The notes under the pieces: generated by a model
Told to the model about the DNA's origin: nothing
Database searches by the model: none
The model's input: only the letters and a program-made list of their open reading frames with translations
Part shown: piece after piece, positions 54,353-64,000 of the stretch
How positions within the stretch are numbered: position 1 is the stretch's first letter
How the letters are laid out: each line of letters starts with the position of its first letter
Assembly (NCBI GenBank): GCA_951406725.2
Contig: OX597819.1
Location: 66,402,001 to 66,466,000 of the forward strand
Direction: 5' to 3'
DNA: 64,000 nucleotides
DNA from: Octopus vulgaris
Lineage: Eukaryota
Program-made: the position numbers and the translations under genes

Positions 54353-55342
54353 AAAATGGAGCACATATGCATATAAGAATCGATATTTGAAATATGTTGT
54401 GCCTATGAAGAATATATATGCGTAATTTGCAAGACAATATTTCATGGTATGTTCGATTATCTCCACTGCCTTTAATACATAAAATTAAATCCGTTTTTAA
54501 TTACAAAAAAAAAAAAGACACATACTTTTTTGTGTTAAGGGGAATATGTAAATATATATATAGATGAGTGTAAACGGCTTTATATATCTGCAACACTGTA
54601 GAAAATTTTAAATGCAAATAAATGAAGAGAAGTGTTTTGTATGGAGGTAATTATGACTGTAGTGCTTCAATATACATTAGTTTATTCAAATTTAAATAAT
54701 AATCTATCTTTTAGCACATTTTAAATTAAAGATAATTTTTTTTATTTCCCATTGAATTTAATTTAATTAGCAATATACTTTTCAGACCGTAATATTCGAT
54801 AACTTACAAAGAGAAAGATTGACGTTATATATACATACATGCATACATAATACATGTATTTATTTACATATATAATCATATGTATAAATACATATATGCG
54901 TGAGAGTGTGTGTGCATGTGTGTGAGTGTGCACATATGAACATTCGTACATATAGCTTTATTTATTTATGTGTGTGTGTGTGTATGTATATGCGTGTGTG
55001 TGTGTGGGTTTATTTTGTTTTCTATATGTAGAAATCTATGAGCCATATACATTTACGCGTTTTATACATGGATCTCTCTCTCTCTATTCTGTGTATGTGT
55101 ATATGCACTTATATCCACACATATATGTCCTCTCCAGCACTCGCATATATCAACTAATATTTGTTTAAGCCAATGCCAACTTTAAGATCCTTCTCGAGCT
55201 AGTAAAATATATGTACTGTCTAACAATTTCTTTTAAACAGTTCACATACATACATACATACATACACCCTAAAAGCGTATACGACAAAATTACACAAAAT
55301 TAAAAGCAAAATTACTAAGTTTTATAAGTCCCAGTAATTTAT

Positions 55343-55579
55343 TCTTTTATTCTTTTACTTGTTTCCGTCATTTGACTGCGGCCGTGCTGGAGCACTGCCT
55401 TTAGTTGAACAAATCGACCCCAGGACTCATTCTTCGTAAACGTAGCACTTATTCTATCCATATATTTTGCCGTACCGCAAGGTACGGGGACATAAACACA
55501 CCAATATCAGTTGTCAAGCGATATTGGGAGGACAAACACAGACACACACATATACATACATATCTACATACATACACAT

Positions 55580-55612
<33 letters not shown>

Positions 55613-55778
55613 TAAACGACGGGCTTCTTTAAGTTTCCGTCTATCAAATGCACTCACAAAACTTTGGTGAGCCGAAGGCTGGAGTAGAAGACACTAGCGC
55701 AAGGTGCCATGTTGTGGGACTGAACCAGGAACCATGTGGTTGAGAAGCAAGCTTTTTACCACAAAGCCACGCTGCGCC
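55343..55778 (-). mobile_element. SINE family 2
   Basis: Tail, internal (TACA)n and head all present. Confidence 0.8.
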
Positions 55779-56399
55779 TATGAATTTATGAATTTAATTG
55801 AAATATTCTCTCTAATCCTAAATTTCCTAATTTCTTACTTTCAGCTAAACGATAACTTCTATTTCTGTCCCAATCTTCAAATTACAGAAAAATAATTTAC
55901 GAATCAGAGGTTATCTTCAGGGATAATCATTGAGAAAAAATCATTGAGAAAAAAAGAAATTTAACATCCGTATAAGAAATGATGCCAAATTTGGAGACCT
56001 TTAGTATCAGGCATGCGAATTAATTTAATAGGGGAAATCCAAAATTCTCAAGAATTGGAAAGGATTGAATGCTAATGCAAAAATGAATTGGGAAACAAAA
56101 TTTTGTCAACGCTCAGAATGCGATGGGTATTTCATCCGTCACATGAGATCAAAATACACAAGAATCGGGTAAGAGTACATAAGCAACAAGTCAAAATTCA
56201 TCGCTTGCAATTATTCCCTAAAGTGAAATTTTAGATCTTCATGCAAAGAGAATATTCAAAATATTCCATTTTCTTCAAGATAAAGAAACAAAGGATCAAC
56301 TAAGAAACGCAAAAGAAGAATACGTGGACAGATCAATAAGTAACCGGACTGTAACGAAACTAAAGCACGGAGTGTAAACCCGTTTGATACAGATTAGTC

Positions 56400-57060
56400 T
56401 TGAACTCTGCTGTGAATGCAAACCAAGTTTTAACGTTCTAGCTCACTTATTTTGGTTACAGCAGTGCTTGAATGTAAGGTGTGTAGCATGCGATCGTCGA
56501 ATTAACTATGACTGAGAAAGTTGAGCAGAGTATCTGCATCAAATTTTGCCAAAAGCTTGGCGATACCTGAGACCTACGCAAACTTTTCAAAGAATTTTCA
56601 ATCGTTCCCGACACAATCAATGAGACCTTGTGCAACTGAAACCCGAGTGTCCCTTTGGTCAGCTGAAAGCAGTTTTGTTGTAAATTTGGCAGACAAGTGT
56701 CTCATACAAAAATCTTTAGTGATAATGGACTGAACTGAACCGTAACTAATCTGCACTTCCTCTCATAACTCACAGATGGTAATTACAGCTTAACGACATC
56801 TGCACTGTTTTTTCCAGTTCTGCTGGTTGCGGGTCTCCCAGAATGTGCGTCAATATCGATATTTTTCTGTCATCATGGAAACTTCTGAACCGCTCCTACA
56901 CTTGTGTGCCGCTCATATACTCCTCTCCATATACTTTCTGCAAATTTGCGTAGGCCTCTGATCAGGTATCGCCATGACAACTTTCTCTGTCATCGTCAAT
57001 GCGATGATCACATGCTACACACAATCCTTCCGAAAAATGCTGTAAACAGCGGAATGAGAT
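56400..57060 (+). mobile_element. Rearranged mariner remnant
   Basis: ATG 56508 MTEKVEQSICIKFCQKLG matches a mariner N-terminal motif; limits uncertain. Confidence 0.5.
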
Positions 57061-58884
57061 AGAACGCTAAAATTTAGTGCGTACACACAGTAGAGTGAAA
57101 GGTCAATCTTTGCGTAGCGGCTTTACTCTGCGTGCTTTAGATTTTTGGTTGCTTAAGGGTAGTGTAATCTATATTTCCAGAAATTAGAGTGGGGTGATAT
57201 AGCCAGTTATTATTGTTAGACGTTTTAGCTTTTGACCTAGTGTTATGTGTGAGTGTGGGGTTTAAGTTGCCTTAATCTGGGTTCTCCTTACATTCATACA
57301 TTTATGCGCCCACACCTGTGTGTATAGGTTGCTAGCAATGGAGGTTAAGTATATTTATAGGCGGAGAAAGAGATTAATGAATATATCCTTTAGCAAATGG
57401 TGTCATACTCACCATAGAGTACACAAATCATGATGTCTATTGTAACAGTATTAATTTGAAATTTATTATTTGACAGAACGTTTTGTCATCTGCGATAATC
57501 TTATTTTTAATGAACAAAATAGGCTGTTTTTGAAAAGCAGCTTTCTGAGAATTGTATATATATATATCATATATATAAACGTGCACGCAAACACAAATAC
57601 GCACACAAGAACATACGTTATTAAGGGCGACACTACTTGTAACTATCTATAAAGCTTTTATTTATATCTACCATTATTTTATCTATGGAAATCTAGTTAT
57701 GTTTCCGTTTTTTGTCTACGTATGTTAATAAGTATGTGAATGTTTGGAATGATTATAGAAGTAGGTGTATGGGTTTTTTCCTCTCTATGTCTATATATTA
57801 AAATATTTTACACGCAATATATTATGTTGCCCAGTTAACATTTATAAGTTTTACACAAGCCAATCTGAAGTATCATTTCCGTTTAGCAATTATGTATGAT
57901 TTTTCAAAATATTGTTTCTCTGACACTCTGTCAAGAAATCAAAGTATATCATATAATACACTGAAATATATATATATATATTTATATATTTCTTCCAAGA
58001 GAAATATTAACTCTGAAAGACCAAAATTATATTGTCAGTATATTGATGACAATCCGTGAAGAGCCAGATAAGATCTTTTTAACATTTCATTCTATGCTTC
58101 CCTCAAAAGATCACTTCTTCAATTACCATTAAATGTTGGTAACTTTCAAAATCGTTAGAGCATCGGTATGTTATTTTAATGGTTATTTAACTGATATTTC
58201 AGGCAAGGTAACTGAATACGTATGGACTGTCTTATCTAAGGCTTCACCATTGATTCTTTTTACTGCATTTGTTGTTTGGCCTCTATGCTCTTTATGCTGT
58301 GCAAATAATATGTAGTTTATAATCTAGGAATGCCCCACAGGAAGACTGATATCTAAAGCAATATGCATGTGCTTGTGAAATTAAAGCGGAGCTTACTAAA
58401 ATGTGTATTAATTTCGAGATATTTTCATTTTTATTTGTATTGCACACATATTATATACTTTCCAGCTCTGTTTTATTTTTGTGGCTTCCACAAAGGAGGA
58501 AATTCGGAGCTCGTATCACATTTTAGAGCTTCCAAGCTTTGGCGGGAAAAGTGGAACATGTTCTGAGACTGGAGTCTTAGCTTGAGAAGTTGAAACGGGG
58601 AATGGTCAGTAAACATACCCTAACGCTCGGTGGTGGTGTTCAACCAGGGAATTGATTAAGAAAATCGTTTTAAAAAAATACAGGATCCTACCTGTTGGTG
58701 GTAATAAAACAGGCAACTTGTTAACAATGTCATTTGAAAAACAAAACGACGGCATCCTTCGTATTCCCCCACGGATGCCGTTGACTAAATTTCATGGTCT
58801 ATTTTCCATACATGACAGAGATTCAGAGAAAGTCACACAGAGGTACCACATCAATTGCTATTAGTAAATTAGTTGTTTCTATCT

Positions 58885-59100
58885 GTTACTAAAAGCTCGT
58901 AAGTCTGCAGTGCGATCTTTCTAGCCAGTTCTGTTTTCTGCAACTGTTCTTGTCTCATTCCTTTCCTTTTCAATGGTTCTTCACCGTGTGGTTTTAGGGC
59001 GTCCTCTTGCTCTTTTCCCCTATGACTGCCACATTAATATCGCCCTACAGTTTCTATTAATGTATGTAATTTGGCACAGATGTAGAGCACCCACTATTGA
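58885..59100 (-). mobile_element. RTE-like LINE 3' fragment
   Basis: AILMWQS*GKRARGRPKTTR*RTIE. Confidence 0.6.
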
Positions 59101-59834
59101 AAAGGTGACTACCAGCCTGACATACGTATTAAACATCAAAGATGAGAAGATACTAAACATCAACGACGCTACAGTTATCTTGAACAACATTGCATTTGCC
59201 GTTATTGCTTGAATTCAGATTAATCCTGGTTGAGTAGGTCAATTAGTTAACAATAATGAACATCCTATCTTATTTCTGAGTACAATCGACCTAAGATTAC
59301 ATTCTCAAAACTTACACTTAAGCTTTATTCATATTTAAAAATTTGCCTGTTCTTTCCTGTAGGTCATTTGACCTCAAAAACTTTCCTACGTTGACTCAGT
59401 CATCTACTCCAATAAATGCGGCAATCGTGTATTATTAAAATATTATTCCTTGTATAGTTTATTGCTTAACAAATCTGATTAATTGGTTGTTAACTCTGAA
59501 GCAAATGATTGTTCCAAAGCTCACATATCAGTGAAATAAAGCAACAAGTGCACTATTTCGAGGTCGCTAAGCCTGGTAGGAATAACAGCCGCAATTCATT
59601 CTAAATTTCTGAAAATGGAAATTATATTTGTATGACGGAAATCTACGGAAACTATCAGAGTAGGAAAATATAACATTTCGAATTACACTATGGAGAAGAT
59701 TTTGATAACAGACGACATTAGCGCTGATCTCAATTCAAAACGACAACAACGAGAGTAAAATCAGCAACAAATGTAAATGATTTAAGAAAAGAATTCCAAA
59801 ATTCCAACTCGAATATTAGAATTTGCAAAGAAAT

Positions 59835-60030
59835 AATAGTTTGGAATTTTGGTACAAGGCCAACCAGTTCGAGGTGGGGAAAGTGGATAAGTCGATTACA
59901 AAGATCCCATTGTTCAGATAGTATTTACTTTATCGACCCCGAAAAGATGAAAGTCAAAGTCGACCCTGGTCGTATTTGTACTCAAAACGTAAAGTCGAAC
60001 GAAATACGGCTAAGCATTTGGCACAGCGTT
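59835..60030 (-). mobile_element. SINE family 1, degenerate
   Basis: tatcgaccccgaaaagatgaaagtcaaagtcgacc. Confidence 0.7.
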
Positions 60031-60688
60031 GTGATTAGCAGCAGAGTATTGCTATCTAAATATGCACGGCAAACTTCGAAACAAAAAAAGAAGAGAAAAA
60101 GAAAAAAAGAGACAATGGAAACATTGGATAATGTCTATCACACTATGATTACCATGGTCTGGACAGATAAAAGAAAGAAGGCACAACTAATGGTAGAAAT
60201 TACTTGAATCGTTGAACTGCAAGTTTACAGTTAATATAGAACAATAGAACACGGAAAAGCCTTTCTCTTTCTCTTTGAGTGTGTGTTTGTGTGTATGTAT
60301 ATATATATATATATAAAATGAGATAGGGGTTGAAAATTCAACCCACCATGGGATAATATATATCCAATATACTGCTAGATAGGTACCCAACAAAAATAAT
60401 ACATAGATGTTAAAAATTGTCAAGCAATCAGTTCATCTATTGTATTAAATGGGTAAAGGTAATAATATTACCGTAAATTAATACTACAAAATTAGAGAAT
60501 GGAGAAACATACTTAAATCAGTAAAACATCAACTATCCGATGATACTCAATCCATACTTTAATACACCATTACATATGAGTAAAGGCAATATATAAAATG
60601 AAATGAGATATACAGTAATAGTAAAAGTAAAAAGATAAAGAGATATAAGTAAAAAAATTTTCAAATATAATATGCAAATAAATCAAAA

Positions 60689-60796
60689 CTGACAGCTGTT
60701 TCGGCAGTGAGGACAGTCATACCTCATTTAACCTATAAGCCATAAAGGCAGGTATAAATGAGGCATTAACAAGGATGCCCCACGGCCTCTTCAGAG
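60689..60796 (-). ncRNA. Hammerhead ribozyme motif, left arm
   Basis: Reverse complement of 61686-61793. Confidence 0.75.
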
Positions 60797-61136
60797 AATT
60801 AAATTAAATTTGTTATAATAGTGAAAAATATTATATAATCATATACATATAAATATAAAAATATAAAAATGTAAAATATAAAAACTTATATATCATAATG
60901 CTACACTTATATAATATAATACACATTTGTACAAAAAGGAAGGTAAACAGAACAATATAAAACAAAATATATAACAGTGTATATATTAATATTAATAAGT
61001 ACCGATATTATACATATTTGGCTAATAGTTTTTTTTATAAAAAAAATTGCTAACACATATGGAGATGAAAAATAATAATTAAATCCGTGGTACAGTTCAT
61101 AAAATTCTAAAGCTATAAAAGTTAATAAAAATTACT

Positions 61137-61183
<47 letters not shown>

Positions 61184-61300
61184 TAATAATAATAAAAAAA
61201 TACTAAAAATACTAAAAATAGATACAGTTAAGTTAGCACCAAGTCCATCCTTTCAAGATCGAAATAACTGTATCTATTTTTAGTATTTTTATTATTATTA

Positions 61301-61346
<46 letters not shown>

Positions 61347-61685
61347 AGTAATTTTTATTAACTTTTATAGCTTTAGAATTTTATGAACTGTACCACGGAT
61401 TTATTATTATTTTTCATCTCCATATGTGTTAGCAATTTTTTTTATAAAAAAAACTATTAGCCAAATATGTATAATATCGGTACTTATTAATATTAATATA
61501 TACACTGTTATATATTTTGTTTTATATTGTTCTGTTTACCTTCCTTTTTGTACAAATGTGTATTATATTATATAAGTGTAGCATTATGATATATAAGTTT
61601 TTATATTTTACATTTTTATATTTTTATATTTATATGTATATGATTATATAATATTTTTCACTATTATAACAAATTTAATTTAATT

Positions 61686-61793
61686 CTCTGAAGAGGCCGT
61701 GGGGCATCCTTGTTAATGCCTCATTTATACCTGCCTTTATGGCTTATAGGTTAAATGAGGTATGACTGTCCTCACTGCCGAAACAGCTGTCAG
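61686..61793 (+). ncRNA. Hammerhead ribozyme motif, right arm
   Basis: CU-CUGAAGA-GGC-(long stem II)-GCC-GAAAC-AGCU-GUC-AG; intact core; palindromic stem III ACAGCUGU. Confidence 0.75.
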
Positions 61794-62090
61794 TTTTGAT
61801 TTATTTGCATATTATATTTGAAAATTTTTTTACTTATATCTCTTTATCTTTTTACTTTTACTATTACTGTATATCTCATTTCATTTTATATATTGCCTTT
61901 ACTCATATGTAATGGTGTATTAAAGTATGGATTGAGTATCATCGGATAGTTGATGTTTTACTGATTTAAGTATGTTTCTCCATTCTCTAATTTTGTATTA
62001 TATATATATATATATATATATGGATGGAGAGAGAGAGAAAGGGTGTAAGATAAATAGATAGATAGATAAATAGGTAGATAAATATAATAC

Positions 62091-62129
<39 letters not shown>

Positions 62130-63745
62130 TATATACAGACATATATATACACACAGGTATATATGTGTGTGTGTGTTCGTGTGTATATATATATATAAAT
62201 GTATCTACATTTTCTGTATCTCTATAAAACAGGCATATACTTATAAGTATAAAAAATTGACCCCAATCAAATATATACTATCAATCTCGATCTGTCTATT
62301 TCTCTTTTCCTCCTTTCCCCCCTCTCTCTCTTTATACATAGGCGCAAACACACATGCATACACGTGCACGCTCTCACACATACACACATACATACATACA
62401 TACATACATACATACATACATACATACATACATACATACACTCATACACACACTCAAACAGAGACATATATGTGTGAAAGGTATTTGTATATTTGTGCGC
62501 ATACACACCCAAATGAACACATATTCATAGACTCAAGTACAACTACCTCACCGAGAAGTACCTAATCTTGCGTCAAAACGGAGTTTTACGTTGTTCGTTC
62601 TAATACCTAATTCTCCATCCCCAGGCTCTAAGCCGATCAAAATCGGAGCTTGAAGTTCACGAGAATGTGTGAGAATACGTACAGATGCTTAAATACTTCT
62701 CTAAGATTATCAATTGACAACTGTTACGTTAACTAACGTAGGAGCTTTGCTAAACTCTGCGATACGTATGCAGTGTATTATTTGTATGGCGAGTGGGTTT
62801 GGTACATGGTATGAGTCAAATGATGACGCGTAGGTTGGAATGGAAAGAAATATGTTTTCTGAACTGGATTTGTTATTTCATTAATCAAAATTGATTTTTT
62901 TTCTTGTCACCAGTCACTGTAAAATCCCGCTCAATTCTCCATCAGCACTAGGTTAACATTGTTGTTCGAAAAGCAACGTATTGTACAGTGGTAGTGGGTC
63001 TCCGTCCGCTTTTTGATTGTCAGGATTTTCTCATTAGATCCACGGAATAATCTGCGCCCGAAGAAACTCGGCTTTAACGATAACGTTGGAGGGTGCGGTT
63101 AAGTATTCTGAGAGTTCTTCCAGTGTGTTTACGTTCTGAGTTCAAATCCCCTAAATGCAACGTTGTCTTTTATTTTTCTGTGGCCGGAAAAATAAATCAG
63201 TTAAGGATGAGAATAGATGATATTCATTAAAGCCTAGATTACAAAACTTCTGACTTTGCCTCTGAATTATTATATATCATATCTCAACCCTGTTCTGTTA
63301 AGCTCACTTGTAAGGGGTATTAGGGCTAGGCAGAAAACTAAAGGTGAAAATTAGTCACCTTGGAAAATGGCGCAGTTGATATTAATAAATTTTGTGCTCA
63401 GTTCTCTAGTAGGGTTCTATAATTAGTGATTGATATGTTATGCTTCAGAAAGCTTGAAATAACAGGAGGAATTTTGAAGATATCCAGCGCTTTCAAGATC
63501 ATGAATGCGGTGTACTGTCGATGGGTTTTTATAATTAATCCATGAAGACCTTGAAGACCTGAGATTTCTGCGTTTGTTATGAGAGTTATGAAGGATCAAT
63601 TGAGAGTTAGTGTTTGCACCCATATGAAATTCGTCGGCACCCTTTTTATTTAGTGTGGAAACTATCGTTCTGTTCCATAAATTTGTGTTTTCTCCACGAT
63701 GATGGATGTTAAAATTTTATACTTGGTAGACAAATATGTTTTTTG

Positions 63746-63750
63746 TTTTG

Positions 63751-63839
<89 letters not shown>

Positions 63840-63845
63840 TTTATT
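63746..63845. repeat. (ATT)n microsatellite
   Basis: Direct reading. Confidence 0.95.
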
Positions 63846-64000
63846 GAGTGAGAGAGCAGTTCATGCCATCAAAGTGACACTGGGGTAAAATATACGAAGC
63901 CCAATATACCCGTCATGACTACCCGTCTGATAAGGGTACACCAAGTATATGCATCACAACCATATGTGCCAGACATGGTGATCTCATAAAAAGATAAACA

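Larger units (their letters stand above)
60485..61997. repeat. ~1.5-kb near-perfect palindrome (Penelope-like inverted repeat)
   Basis: Left arm 60485-61230, spacer 61231-61264 (34 bp), right arm 61265-61997. Confidence 0.95.

Noticed and set aside
59340-59420. Next exon of the candidate gene (ttctttcctgtag acceptor)
   Set aside because: Phase-0 reading hits TGA after two codons
63438-63623. 61-aa ORF in unique sequence
   Set aside because: No recognisable domain or splice signals

Overview
AT-rich, microsatellite-laden eukaryotic (animal) non-coding DNA. The SINE families and (TA)n/(CA)n/(ATT)n load resemble an octopus/cephalopod genome (inference). Nearly all ORF-track entries are microsatellite or SINE artefacts. 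Supported content: a near-intact IR/DR Tc1 (DD34E) transposon (38017-39641); a full-length but catalytically dead mariner (51524-52803); a decayed R4/Dong-type non-LTR retrotransposon plus short 3' ends of the same class sitting in (TAA)n tracts; RTE, L1/Tx1, maT and possible DIRS fragments; hAT, Tigger and mariner MITEs; about 30 copies of several tRNA-derived SINE families; a 54-bp minisatellite; and one candidate host first coding exon (43387-43481). The most notable signal is ten minimal hammerhead-ribozyme (HHR) motifs in about six repeat families with Penelope-like hallmarks. These include a tRNA-headed SINE carrying an HHR (one copy has an inverted duplicate of its tail) and a ~1.5-kb near-perfect palindrome with an HHR in each arm. 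All calls are by eye; boundaries of decayed repeats are approximate.
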